DNA from: Phoronis australis
Lineage: Eukaryota > Animalia > Phoronida
Assembly: GCA_002633005.1 (NCBI GenBank)
Contig: NMRA01000016.1
Location: 861,874-925,873 of the forward strand
DNA: 64,000 nt
Reading direction: 5' to 3'
Shown: positions 48,301-63,300 of the stretch, one piece after another
Position numbering within the stretch: the first letter of the stretch is position 1
Layout: each line of letters starts with the position of its first letter
Program-made: the position numbers and the translations under genes
The notes under the pieces: model-generated
The model's database searches: none
Seen by the model: only the letters and a program-made list of their open reading frames with translations
What the model was told of the DNA's origin: nothing

Positions 48301-51300
48301 AATTCGGAACACGGCGCAATCGTAACGGAACTATGGCTAAGTATAGGCTCTCCCGCGATATCCCAGGCGACCGGCAGTGGCGCTGCGCACTACGAGTTCG
48401 TTTCCGTCGTCTGCTCCACTGTGCAATGAAGAAAATTTACTTCATTTTTTAAAGAAAATGGAACCTCTGTGACGATGAAAAAACAGAAGCTACTGGTAAG
48501 ATGTGAATTTTAATGGAAGCCTTAGTGAATCACTCAGAAACTCATAATTCTCTCTTTGTCAAACCTTAACTTAAACACGATTTCCAAAGCAATCCCGTCA
48601 TAATTGCCAACACGAAAAACGGATTTCGTCTTTTGGGCATTTGAAGACTATTTTAAATACAACGAATTTGTTACGAACCGAGAGCACAAAATATAAAACG
48701 TGCAATAAAAAACGTTGTGGACCATAAACAAGTAGGTCTCTAATATCAGATTAGGAGTTAAATCGTGGTGGTGTAGTGGTAAAGCACGCGCGCTCTACCG
48801 GCCAGGTCGTGAGTTCGGGTCTGTGGGATATGCAGTTTTTCCTGTTTGACACGTTCTACTTTTTTGGCCGTTTTTTCTTGGATAATACTTCAGGAATCAA
48901 GGAAAATGCTTGATTTTTAGAGGAAAAAACAAATTCCCTGGGGCAAACCCCCCTCCCGACCTCCCCCCATTCGGTGGTATGCGCATCTGTACAATCGTGG
49001 TTTGCGCAAATGCTTACAGAAAAAATGTTGGGCCCCCCTTGTGTTATCATAGATCCGCCACTGCATTAAGCGCTTAAGTTCATAACCAAATATCGCATTT
49101 CTACAGATACATGCATAGCATTCCAACCCGTGTACCGTGTGATGCCGATCCTATAGATGTCTGGTGATACTGTATTGGCTATGACTGGCTCTAAGGATCT
49201 TTTCTGTGTAGCAATAGCTCTCGGGGAACCGACTAAACCACACACGTGGAATGATAGCGGTCTCAGGAAAATGTGGCTGTCGTGATAAGGAAAATTATTT
49301 TAAACCGATTTTACCAATAAAATGGCTTAAATTAATTTTCGTTTTTTCGTGTATAAATACAAAGGGTATGCAATTTTTAAAAATTAGGATATCTGACTAA
49401 ATGTGATCATTGGTAAGAAATGTGCACGCAGAGTATGGTCGCGCTAGTTGAAATTTCACAAATTACCCTTTTCACCGTTCCAATACTTCAGTACTGTACT
49501 TCTATTCAGTAAGGAAATTGTAATATAATAAACAGCGCAATTTGATGTGCATGAGGTCGGCGTGCACATAGTGATTTTCGTCGTATCAATTGAATTAACG
49601 TGCACTATACGATATTTGTCGCGATCGAGGCACCGTATACAGTTATCAAAATGTACAACTACTAGGGTTAAACACTAGTGTACTGCATAATGCATACTTT
49701 TTGTTCTGTTCGAGTTAACATTTTCTCAGCTTATCTAAACTCCGATATTTTGGATTGAGGCTTAAGTCACGACAAACACTCGCCATTTAGGGGATGCAAA
49801 AAGACAAACGCGACCCGTCTTTTGACCAACCATGTTTTTGATACCCCTCAGTCTCCGTCAGCTAGCGATTTAGTAGCCGAAGTTTCAGAAATTAGCACAC
49901 ACACCATGAAACATTTTTACGTTAGTGTCTATAAAAAATCATGTCGTTGTGGCGCTGGTCATACGATGATAGACTGTGCATAACACATTGTAAACGTTGC
50001 AGTTGTGCTCATTGGAACGTTCTGTACTAAAGACTCCGACTGTGAAACTGAGGATTTGGAAAACCCTCTCAGATGTCTAACCGACTTATATGGCTACCGG
50101 AAGTGCAGGTGTGCAAGGATTGGTTACTACGGGGAAGACCAGACGACAACATGTAAACGAGGTAAGCGAAGGCCATGCGTGTCCATCAGTTTTTATGCTT
50201 TGTTATTATCTCAATTTAGATGTTTTTCATTTAACTGAAAAAATAATATTCTGGTTTCTAAATCAATCTTTACATTACTAACGGAGTATTTGCAATATCA
50301 CAAAAAATTGAACTGCGATGAAGTTAAAACCCTTTGATTACCTTTAATTCAGACGTACATGTATATGTTGAGAAGTTTTAATTCTGTGTTCTATGGTCAC
50401 ATGTTGTACTAGTTTTTGACTAGAAATCACAATAGTCCCTTTCCGCGAATGCACAACGGCTACCAATATTAAGGATATCTTAAACCGTATTCACAAAAAT
50501 TGGCCATTTACAATATTTCACTTGTGCCTAGCAAAATACCTTTTCTTTATTCTCGGGGAACTTCAAATGAGAAATATATATCGGGTACCGGGAAAAAAAC
50601 GATTTAGCAAAACCACCTTGGAACCACACATGCGCTAGGAATTTTTTACTACTTATCCGAGGTAACTGGTTAACACGGTTTTCTTTACAGAGGACAAAGT
50701 TGGTATGACCTGCAATATGAGAGAGAATTATGTGTGTGAACGAGCTCTTGGCAGCAGTAAGAGCAGCTGTGTGAGTAACAGATGTAGATGTGTGGCAGGG
50801 ACTTATGGGAACGATGGGGAGAAGAAGTGTAGAGTTACAAGTAAGTGGCAAAGAAATGTACATAAATTCAAATTTCATCTTAATTTGATTTGGTAACAGT
50901 GTTCGTACGTGTTGTTTGAGCTATAAAAAGCGACTATATAACTGAAACTATTTTGTTTAACAAGATTCCTCTATAAAAACGCCAAGGATGCCTTTTATCA
51001 AAGGTCGTAAATCCGACAGTAACTATGACGGTCGCAAGCACGTTGGTGTAAATGCTACGCTACGTGTTTTGGGATTTACAAGTGAATATATTACAAAGGA
51101 CGCCACACTTGGTTTTTTATATCTATTCTCAACGACCGCCTTCACAAGACACGTTAGTGAATTGTGAGCAAATTGAAATCAATGACATGGCCGTTTTAGC
51201 TAAAATCAGACTTACAGTTTTGAAAGGTATGGTGAACCGTATATTTGTGGTCCATAAAACCACAGAGATGTTGTCGCAAATTCTAAGTACAAGAACGAGT

Positions 51301-54300
51301 TTTGTTATGTTTATTCAAGTATACAAGACGCGTGTTTCCGTATGCAACCATTTCACACAAGCTTCACTGTGTTTGTTATCTTCAGCTGGTATTGGAAAAG
51401 TGTGTGTTGAAGACGGTTTATGTACAGCAAGAACAGATCATAGTTACTGCAAGGGTGCAGACTTTTGGAACAACATCCCGGGCGAGTGTCACTGCGTCAA
51501 GGGCTACTTTGGTGAATTCTCGTCAACAACATGTTTGAAAAGTATGTATGCACACCCAAATCAACGTTAACCTTACAAATCCCATAACACTACTTAGTGC
51601 CACATTTCCAAAACTTCCCTGACAAATTGGAAGTCACTAACAATCCATTGAAATCCACGAATGAAAGTTATAAAGCGACAAATTCTCATTCAGCACATTA
51701 CATTGTACATGTACCTCGACGCAGAAATTCAGACAGATTTATGTGTGCGATGCCAAAACAAAACTGGCAAACTACTCTCGTGTATGTTTCCGCCATTCAA
51801 ATTGTGTTACTCTTTCGTCTACGAGTTTGGAAGCTAATTACTGAGGATTTTATTACCTGCTCTTAAAAATGAACTGGTGAGAAATTCAGTTGTTTTTAAC
51901 GTTTGCAATTTGATAACATTTTACTGATGCATACGCTTATTACGTCCATAAAATGTCGCTTTGTAACGAAGTAGCAGATTAGATCGCATATTAGGAACTG
52001 TACAAGTGGCTTCTACGCTTATTTGTTACTATTACCGGCATCAGCAATGCGTTTGAATCAGCATTTCCCATGTCCGACATTATTTCTACGAGACAAATGC
52101 AAAATCAGCTTCAAATCTATGCATACACCAAAATCTATAATTATGAATTCCATTATACGTCGCAAGACACAACGATGTCTCGTGACATCGGCCCACGGCG
52201 GGCTGCAAAATTTATTATGGTCCAGTGCCCGGTTGCAAAAAACAGACCCAAATAAGGACTCAACTAAGGCCCCCAAATCTACTGCATATTTGCGGGCTTG
52301 TGAAAACACTGATTGTCCTATCTTATGCTGTTTGAGAATAATTACTATACCAATTTTTGGCTTTGATACAAATCGAGAGTGAACTCTACATTGAATTCTA
52401 AATATTATTGAAAATAAGTAGGGATCTTTTCATGCAACGCCCCCAATTTAAGGACTAAGTCCATAACTGTTTTGAATGAATTAAGGGCTCAGTTTATATC
52501 ATAAGAAAATGTCATTAGTCAAAGAAGAGCTCACAATGAAGATAAAATTATATAAAAATATTAAATCTGTACCCAAATAACGAAAAAAAATATGAAAAAG
52601 GTTTGGGGAACTTAGTTGAGTCCCTCTTTGGGACGTTTCATGCAACCCGGCACTGGAAACTACATACCTCTGACGACACTTTTGATCTATTGACCCTTAC
52701 TGAACGATTGACATGCAGCCACACCCGTATTCCAAATAAGGGCACCTCATTATCACACTGCATAAAAGCATGTGCAGTAGAAAAACGAAAATACCGAGTT
52801 TCTGGAGGAATATCTGTGGTCTCCTCAAAAACAGTAAACTACGTGTAGGTTAGCATAGTTCGCAACTGAAATGCCTGCTTTGTGTTATACAGTACAGTGT
52901 ACTGCCGCAATGATAAGCCGTTCGAATATGATTCTACATGTACGTGTATTCTGAATAGCCATTTTGTACAAAAAGGAACGAAGAGGGTCGCCTCAGTTCA
53001 TGAAACTGTAGGTTGCCATTTTACAGGTGAAAATGTGCCGATTTGATAAATGACATTCTTTAACTTTGAGGCTATAATTTCATCATTTATAGACGTTAGC
53101 AATTATAGTACATTGTTCCTCTACCAGTAGAACCAGAGAAGGTTTCATTAGTGAGTTGATCAACTAATATTTGAAGTCACGTTTGGCCACTTGGGATGAA
53201 ATTGACACCCGCGGTGCAGAAGCAAGAGAGGATGGTCGCTGGACTATCTACCCACATGTTAATATTTGATTGCCAACACAATATCCTGTTACTCAGCGAA
53301 TGAACGGGTGCTCTATTGTAATACGTACAGGCAAGACATTGAGTTGGGTATCTGAGGTACATGTAGCACTTGACTTGTGGTGCTAGCCAGTTAAGCTAGC
53401 TGTATACCAAGAGTACCCTTATCCGGTAATTTCAAACAGAACACTTCAAGTAGGACTTTTCAATATCTAAATCGCATTTTGCAAGGTGCTGTTGCGTTTC
53501 GATCGAAACCAAAATTTTCATTTAAAGTATTACATTCTTGCTCTCAACGCTCGATCCGTTTGGCCGANNNNNNNNNNNNNNNNNNNNNNNNNNNNNNNNN
53601 NNNNNNNNNNNNNNNNNNNNNNNNNNNNNNNNNNNNNNNNNNNNNNNNNNNNNNNNNNNNNNNNNNNNNNNNNNNNNNNNNNNNNNNNNNNNNNNNNNNN
53701 NNNNNNNNNNNNNNNNNNNNNNNNNNNNNNNNNNNNNNNNNNNNNNNNNNNNNNNNNNNNNNNNNNNNNNNNNNNNNNNNNNNNNNNNNNNNNNNNNNNN
53801 NNNNNNNNNNNNNNNNNNNNNNNNNNNNNNNNNNNNNNNNNNNNNNNNNNNNNNNNNNNNNNNNNNNNNNNNNNNNNNNNNNNNNNNNNNNNNNNNNNNN
53901 NNNNNNNNNNNNNNNNNNNNNNNNNNNNNNNNNNNNNNNNNNNNNNNNNNNNNNNNNNNNNNNNNNNNNNNNNNNNNNNNNNNNNNNNNNNNNNNNNNNN
54001 NNNNNNNNNNNNNNNNNNNNNNNNNNNNNNNNNNNNNNNNNNNNNNNNNNNNNNNNNNNNNNNNNNNNNNNNNNNNNNNNNNNNNNNNNNNNNNNNNNNN
54101 NNNNNNNNNNNNNNNNNNNNNNNNNNNNNNNNNNNNNNNNNNNNNNNNNNNNNNNNNNNNNNNNNNNNNACTCAAATTGAATCTCCCACCAGGTGTACCC
54201 TCAGTCCTTCCATTCAACGAGTCGCCAACGAGGTGCACATACATGTAGGATAGAACGGTGCCGGGGAAAACAAAGATAAAACGTACATGCAGTTTCGATC

Positions 54301-57300
54301 CTCGGCGAGCTGCGTGTCTTCACGCATACATCTGTCGAGAGCAGTTAACGTTCCCCGTCGAATCACGCCTTTTGTGACGTTGTGGTCACAAACACTACCA
54401 GTTTTAACGATAATTAAGTTCATTACACATTGCAAGTGAATGTTGAAATAGTTAACACGGTTAAAAGATGTATAGGTTACAGACCGAAAACAAGTTTCCA
54501 CCGAATAATTAACCGAAGACTGCGAAATTTTCACTCGTCCCAGTTTAATCGGCTTTTTCTCGGCTTCGGCAAATCGACTTAGGATTACGAGTCCTCAAAA
54601 ACGGCACTGTGCATTTCGCTGAAACTGTCCAAAATCATTATTTATTCGCCAGTCTCATAAATGCTTAGTTTCTAGGTAATGCAACGAAGACGAATAGCGA
54701 CTGCTATGTTTTTAAAAAAAGTACCTTACGTTTTGCGAGTTGATTTGAAATAGAAACCAAACTTAGAGACTAATCAAAATTCCTAACAGCGTTTTTGAGA
54801 TACTTGGTGAAGTTTTCATTTAAAAGGTTTCATTCAAATCGACCAAGGTGTTATTTTGTTGTGAAGTACCCTTTTAAAAATAATTTTTGACTTAAAAAGG
54901 TGTTAATGTAATCACAATGGCACATAAATATAAAATATATTATTGTAATTCCTGATCTTTTTTGTTCAGAAACCATATACTTTTATTAGTTGACACAGCC
55001 TGGTTTTTGATATACGAAGGCCACTAAATAAGGTTTGAGATGACCTTAAGCTGATATCGGTTGCATGTTTACGAATGCTTCAGTTTCGAAACATCATCTT
55101 CGGTAACTGGTTAACACGGTTTTCTTTACAGAGGACAAAGTGGGTATGACCTGCAAAACAGGCGAAGACTTTGTGTGTGAACAAGCTCTTGGCAGCAGAA
55201 GGAGCAGCTGTGTGAGTAACAGATGTAGATGTGTGGCGGGGACTTATGGGAACGATGGGGAGCAGAAGTGTAGAGTTACAAGTAAGTGGCTAAGAAATGT
55301 ACATAAATTCAAATTTTATCTTAATTGGATTTGGTAACAATGTTCGTACGACTGTGTGTACGTGTTGTTTGAGCCATAAAAAGTGACTCTATAACTGAAA
55401 CTATTTGAACAAGATTCCTCTATAAAAACGCCCAGGATGCCTTTCATCAAAGGTCGTAAATCTGGCAGTAACTAAGACGGTCGCAAGCACGTTGGTGTAA
55501 ATACTGCGCTACACTGTACGTGTTTTGGGTCTACAAGTGAATATATTACAAATGACGCCACACTTGGTTTTTTATATTTATTCTCAACGACCGCCTTCAC
55601 AAGACAAGTTAGTGAATTGTGAGAAAATTGAAATCAATGACATGGCCGTTTTAGCTAAAATCAGACTTACAGTTTTTGAAAGGTAGGACGAACTGTCTAT
55701 TTGTGGTCCATAAAACCGCAGAGATGTTGTCGCAAATACTAAGTACAAGAACGAGTTTTGTTATGTTGATTCAAGTATACAAGACGCGTGTTTTCGTATG
55801 CAACCATTTCACAAGAGCTTCACTACGTTTGTTATCTTCAGCTGGTATTGGAAAAGTGTGTGTTGAAGATGGTTTTTGTGCAGCTGGAACAGATCATAGT
55901 TACTGCAAGGGTGCAGACTTTTGGAACTACATCAAGGGCGAGTGTCACTGCGTCAAGGGCTACTTTGGTGAATTCTCGTCAACAACATGTTTGAAAAGTA
56001 TGTATGTAGACCCAAATCAACGTCAACCTTACAAATTTCATAACACTACTTAGTGCCGCATTTCCAAAACTTCCCTGACAAATTGGAAGTCACTAACAAT
56101 GCACAGAAATCCACGAATGAAAGTTACAAAGCGACAAATTCTCATTCAGCACATTACAGAAATTCAGACAGATTTATGTGTGCAATGCCAAAACAAAACT
56201 GGCAAACTACTCTCGTGTATGTTTCCGCCATTCAAATTGTGTTACTCTTTCGTCTACCAGTTTGGAAGCTAATTACTGAGGATTTTATTACCTGCTCTTA
56301 AAAATGAACTGGTGAGAAATTCAGTCGTTTTTAACGTTTACAATTTGATAACAGTTTACTGATGCATACGCTTATTGCGTCCATAAAATGTCGCTTTGTA
56401 ACGAAGTAGCTGACTAGATCACATAGGAACTGTACAAGTGACTTCTGCGCTTATTGATTACTATTACCGGCATCAGCAATGCGTTTGAATCAGCATTTCG
56501 ATCTCCGACATTATTTCTACGAGACAAATGCAAAATCAGCTACAAATCTATGCATACACCAAAATCGATAATTATGAATTCGATTATACGTCGCAAGACA
56601 CCTAACGATGTCTGGTGACATCGGCCCACGGCGGGCTGCAAAATTTATTAAGGTCCAGTGCCCGGTTGCAAAATACAGTCCCAAATTAGGACTCGACTAA
56701 GGCCCCCAAATCTACTGCGTATTTGCGGGCACGTGAAAACACTGATTGTCCTATCTTATGCTGTTTGAGAATAATGACTATGTCAGTTTTTGGCTTTGAT
56801 ACACACCGAGATTGAACTCTACATTGAATTCTCAATATTATTGAAAATAAGTAGAGATCTTTTCATGCAACGCCCCCAATTTAAGAGCTAAGTCCCTAAC
56901 TGTTTTGATCGAATTAAGGGCTCAGTTTTTATCATAAGAAAATGTCATTAGTCAAAGAAGAGCTCACAATGAAGATAAAGTTATATAAAATTATTACATC
57001 TGTGCCTAAAAAACGAAAAACAAATATGAAAAAGGTTTGGGGAACTTAGTTGAGTCCCTATTTGGGACGTTTCATGCAACCCGGCACTGGAAGCTACTTA
57101 CCTCTGACGACACTTTTGATCTATTGACCCTTACTGAACGATTGACATGCAGCCACACCCGTATTCCAAATAAGGGTACCTCATTATCATAAAAGCATGT
57201 GCAGTAGCACTGAAAACGAAAATACCGAGTTTCTGGAAGAATATCTGTGGTCTCCTCAAAAACAGTAAACTACTGTAGGTTAGCATACTTCGCATCTGAA

Positions 57301-60300
57301 ATGCCTGCTTTGTATTATATTGCCGCAATGATAAGCCGTTCGAATATGATTGCATATGTACGTGTATTCTGAATAGCCATATTGTACAAAAGGAACGAAG
57401 AGGGTCGCCTCAGTTCATGAAACTGTAGATTGCCAATTTACAGGTGAAAATGTGCCGATTTGATAAATGACATTCTTTAACTTTGAGGCTATAATTTCAT
57501 CATTGATAGGCAGCAGTTATAGCACATTGTTCCTCTACCAGTAGAACCAGAGAAGGTTTCATTAGTGAGTTGATCAACTAATATTTGAAGTCACGTTTGG
57601 CCACTTGGGATGAAATTGACACCCGCGGTGCAGAAGCAAGAGAGGATGGTCGCTGGACTATCTACCCACATGTTAATATTTGATTGCCAACACAATATCC
57701 TGTTACTCAGCGAATGAACGGGTGCTCTATTGTAATACGTACAGGCAAGACATTGAGTTGGGTATCTGAGGTACATGTAGCACTTGACTTGTGGTGCTAG
57801 CCAGTTAAGCTAGCTGTATACCAAGAGTACCCTTATCCGGTAATTTCAAACAGAACACTTCAAGTAGGACTTTTCAATATCTAAATCGCATTTTGCAAGG
57901 TGCTGTTGCGTTTCGATCGAAACCAAAATTTTCATTTAAAGTATTACATTCTTGCTCTCAACGCTCGATCCGTTTGGCCGACACTTCATCTTCATTGATT
58001 TTGCATTTTCATTGAAGATACTTCATGTACTATCCTACTAAGAAGCTCTACAGTACTCTGTCTCAAAGATTTTAAAGGCACATGATCGATTTTATGGCCG
58101 AAAAACGCATTTTTGGGATTATAGCTCGATGGGGTAAAGCTTTAAAGCAACAAAATCAGTTGAGCGTTATGATAATTTATTTCAAATCGTCGTTGTCGGC
58201 CAGACGCTCGTTGAAATCAAGTTCGGTGACTACCACTTACACCTAAAGACACTAGTAGTTGGACTAACTTCGCCAGGAGAGCTTTAAACTGCGACCACGT
58301 ACGTTACAGGCTAGATTATGTGAAGAAACTGATCGCAGGAAATCAATTTTTTCTCATCGATAGTATTGCTTGAATATCTATCTGATACCCAGGCAAGAAA
58401 CATTTCAGTTTGTGCTCGCCCTGGAGGCCGACTTAGATTTAACTCGCGAGTTATTTTTAACATGCGTCTAAAGATTTTGTTAACTTTTCATTATCTGCTT
58501 CTCTGAGATTGTTTCAAATTGAAATGACACTTAAATGTATAATGAAAACCACATTTGCAAATTGTCACAGATGTTGTGTGGAAATGTTTATAATGAATTT
58601 GACATGCAGATGTTACGAAAGTAAAAGGTAATGATGTAAACCAATTCGTTTGTCGTTCTTTCAGAGGCAGTAATCGGAACGACGTGTGTTGACGATCACG
58701 CCGTGTGTAATGCCTCGATACCTGGAAGTCTGTGCGCAGAGGATGGCTTTTGTGCTTGTGACACCGGTTACTTTGGAAAACTAGGATCAACTAATTGTAC
58801 TAAAGGTAAGACGAGGAGTCATTCTTTTGAAAATAAAATATATACAGTAAAGATACACAGGTTTCAGTTGTTGGACACTTTTTCCACGGAACTGCTGTCG
58901 CCCTAACCCCTATATTATCGAATTACAGTGTGGACACCGTAAGTCTGACGAGCTGATGACATCAAACTTTTTGGTTTGCTCAATTAGTTCGGTGTCCTTT
59001 GTCCCGACCGTTCAAGAGAATATGTTGAGTATCAGCCAACATACGTCTACAGTTTGCTTGTATATCATCATGGCTTTCAGGTGATCTCTATTAGTGACCT
59101 TTCAAATGATGTTTAAATTTTCAGAGAATGAAAAAAACGTCGATAAAAATTTACTGACAGTTGTTCAAAAAACCACGGATGAAGATGGGGAATGAAAAAT
59201 GCTGCTCCATTTATGAGAATAGTTATTAGTTATACTTATATCAATTTTGTGATTACTCTTTAGTTTCAGCTGTCATTGGCATGTCTTGTTCAACTAATAG
59301 AACATGCGACAGTGTTACAAACAGTTTGTGTTTGTCCGGCCAGTGTGTATGTAATCCTGGATTCTTTGGAGACCTTGGAACCAAGAAGTGCGGCAAAGGT
59401 TTGTTTAGATGAGAGGACACCAAACGCAACACATCCATATTGTTGAATGTCACATAATCCCAAATTTTTGCATTAGACTCTAATTTAGATGTGTCTCTTA
59501 CATGTACATGTGTGCGCCTGGTGTATAAAGCGCCGAAGGGTTCTGATGTGCGTCTTCAACGCGTTCGTACATCTATAATAAGTACTTTATTGCAGTACGC
59601 GTACTGAGTTATGACCATCCAAAAAGTACAGGTTGATTGGTAAGGTTTATCAAATTCCAGGTGGTTGTAAAGTGCTTCCAGTCGATCTATAGGTACATGA
59701 ACTAGGTGCCTTAGTAATCTCAGTTAGGGTTAGTATCAGGTTTGCTACATGTACGTCAACAAGCGATTAGCTTTGGGGCCCGTTGCAAAAAACAGACTTA
59801 AGTTCATTTTTACTTAAGTCTAAGATTGGTCTCAACCTCCAAGCTTTTTTTAAAGTGATATATATATATATATAATATATTTATTGAAGAATACACAAGA
59901 CATACAAAGAAACCCAGAAATCGCGAAGCATTATATCTGAGTTGTAAACAATTCATAAATGAAACTAATATACATAGAGGTATACACATTTAAGTAGTAT
60001 TTGATATAAGTATCCCAATATTTAGATATGCTATTGCGAATGTGTAAAAACAAAAACATGTACAGATTTATGTATGGAAATCAGAAGCAGCAATATTGAT
60101 AAACTGTACATAAAAATTTGCTAACTTTGCCTAGGGGGAATTCATTGAGAACGACGTCAGAGTTAGGACTACCATTCAATAATAATGTAACTTCACTAGG
60201 GATATTATGACAAGAATTGAGAACATTAACAATTGATTGGTTTTCACTGAGTGCACGAAAGAGTGAGTCTCTCAGGTATTCGATGAGGGGACATTTGGAG

Positions 60301-63300
60301 AAAATATGAGGATAAGATTGATTGTCACTACATTTACAGTTTGGAGAAACATTACAAAAGTTATGCCTAAATTAGTCAGAATTGAGGAAATGACCACAAC
60401 CAAACTTCAACTTCCACATATGGTAACTTAGTCAAATTAAAGACAGAACTTAAGCCATAAATTTAAGTCTAACTTAAGATCATTTACCTGGAACGGACTT
60501 AGCGCAAATTTAAGTTTAACTTAATACTGACTAAAATTTAAGATTTGTCTTAGCTAAGTGAGTTTTCACAGAACGGGCCCTTCAATTATATTAGTGCTGG
60601 AGTTGCTTCCGAAGTCGTTCAATGAATGTTATCCCTGAGCAAATGTAAAAATTAAAATTTCATTTTATAGTTTTGAATTTTCTTGATCCTCACAAAGTCA
60701 GGACCTTCATTAACGTGCTCGCATGTAGTACGAGCACTGAAATGAAGTACGCATCAATAACTAGAAATAACCCGTTAGAAAATCAGAACTGTCGGGGATA
60801 TGAATTACCAACAACGGAATTTTTCTGACAACCATACATGTAGTTGGTATAGGTAAAAAGTAGCTGACGATGACGAGCAGAATGGGACTGAGTTTATAGT
60901 AAGTGAGAATGAAATTACCCCAAATAATGTTTATATTGTTATTTCTGATTACTAACTACATGTATGTTCGTTAACAACATTACATGTTGATCTACAAACC
61001 GAAAGAAGCATTGCACGAATTGATTAAAATTTATCTCCAGCAACTGCACAAAGATCCATTGTCACGTGAGACTGTACGTAAAAAAAATATTTTTGCAGTT
61101 GTCCTTGGACAGGAATGCACAATCGACCCCAGTCAGCCAGATTACCTATGCAAACCATCAATTCCTAACAGTGTGTGCGGGTTTAATAACAGTGAAGACA
61201 GCCACCCATCTTGCATATGCGAAGAATCCCACTATGAGTGGAACACCACGTCTTGTATCAGACGTAAGTAGAAGTGCTTAATGGAGACAAAAGTAGTTTA
61301 AAGTATGATTAAACGGACTAAAATTTCGTTTAGTATCCCGTTGTCGGTCTGTTTGACCTGGTAAAGGCTGTTAAAACAAAATCAGTCAACAATATGTGGT
61401 CACTGAGCTTAGCTCTACTGCACACGATGCCTATTTTTCAACCCAGGGCCTCAGTACAACGAATCATGTGACTCCACGCCTCCTTGCCGGAATCCTTTCA
61501 ACTGCACGACTGATGACGTATGTGGCTGTCCAGTCAACATGAAGGTTATGCACCAGAATAACAGCATTACGTGCGGTGAGTTGACTCTACCAACGACCAT
61601 GTCGACACACTTTGCGGGGAGAAATGTACCCGTCATTACATGTGGGTGAATGTTACGCACGTAAATGATATGCGGAAATTACAGTAATTAGTTTCAAACG
61701 GCGTAAATTAAGTTTAAGGACGTAAAGTAACCTTTAAATCCGGTAAAAATCACTTTGAAGGTGAATGATTAATCATATTTAGCGCAGGTTAACTTAAAAG
61801 GCGTAAATTCACTCTGAACATCGTAAATAAATTATTTGCAGCGTAAAGTCAATTTGTGTACGTAATTTACGTCTCCTGCGTAATATGATCGAAGAAACCA
61901 GAAACGAATGTCGTTCAGGTTTACATGTGCGTCGTTCCCTACACCGCTTATTTCAGAATTTAGTCACTGTATTTTCGCTGAATGACTCCTGTTGTTAAAT
62001 GAAGTGTACACAAAGTTTTGGAGCCCATCTGATTTTGATTCATTTGAATTCTTTTTAAGAGGCCGCTTGCGGCCGTGGCACCTCAATGTTTTCCTATTTT
62101 TACGAAACCGTGCAACCCTTATGTTTGGGGAAAGATCATCCGTTGTTTGAATCAACCGTCCCTCTTTCACAGCATTTTAATGATGTAACATCTCACATTA
62201 AGAGAACTCTTTTAGACAGGATCCTCTTTAGGCGGCCCGAGGCAATTGTCATTTAGCTCTTATAAATCCGGTACTGTCAGCTATTCCAGAGAGGAAGTAG
62301 ATAAATTTTAAACTGGTCAAAAAAACGAGACATGTTCACGTGAAGCACAGCAACATCAAGACAAGCAGCCCAAGCAACCTTAAACAAAACAATTTAAAAA
62401 ATAGCATTGACCGCTATCGAAAGACTTGAAGTTTGAACGAGTTGAAGACCACTATTACATGTAGTTATGGCGATAAAAATGCTCAAAGGTTTTACCAGAG
62501 AATTCCACAAATAATATTATTTTTGAAGATAGCTGTAGGTAAATGTTGTAGAAGAGAAAATTGTTCCCTTGAGACTTGCACATGTAGATCAGATTGTCGG
62601 AGAGGTAATTGTTGAGGCCTAGTACAGTGTGCATGGATAACGGGTTAAGATGATAAAGGAATCTTTATGTATACGTGTAATGGCAATCGTAATCGTACAT
62701 GTATATTTTGGTCTAATCTCTACTCATAAACTGCAACAGGCTGCCACTCTATTGAATCAAAATTCACGTCAAAATATATCAGTCTGAAATTTTCTTATGG
62801 GGACCCCAGGCCCCCAGCAAAGTGTCCCATTGTTTTGGCACCCTGGAGGCCAAAAGCACGCCCAAACGCGTAACTCACGTAACATGTGTCACGTTTTCCT
62901 CGTAGATGGGTTGATACAGGTTATTACCGAAAGGTGCTGATAACTTTGGGTGCGACGATATACTGAAGACTGGTTCGGCAAGATAACCAGTTTATTGATC
63001 TCGACCGTATGTTTAGAATTTTTCTACTCCGAAAGCGTGCGGTGTATTGCCTATTCTATGCTCCAGCCAGTGCTGCGCAGTCTTCAGTTCCATGGGTCTC
63101 GTCAATGAAGCGCTATCTGCTACTAATCAAACAAAACAGTATAACAAAACTTTTTAAACTACAAGTAGTGTTAGTCTACTTCTGACAACTTATTCAGGTC
63201 TAAAAGTGACCCTTGCTCGTTAAACTTTGTTGAAATGTGGGTATACATGTAGCACTGAAGATTCTGGTGTCTGTCAGCAAACCCATGGCGGAGGAAACGA

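Larger units (their letters stand above)
50661..57981 (+). repeat. Tandem segmental duplication of ~2.9 kb (50661-53567 and 55102-57981) carrying two exons and a MITE
   Basis: Both copies start GGTAACTGGTTAACACGG and are colinear with scattered substitutions and indels. The last ~460 bp look identical, and the first copy ends at an N gap. Confidence 0.95.

Noticed and set aside
48764-48830. tRNA gene
   Set aside because: A/B-box-like motifs only; acceptor and T stems do not pair.
53479-54253. Long ORFs of 233-255 aa
   Set aside because: Artefacts of the N gap.
59832-60416. TCAAC(C/T)TCCA as a 10-bp TSD of the LINE fragment
   Set aside because: The empty-site copy at 203-420 contains counterparts of both motifs, so they are intrinsic to the MITE.
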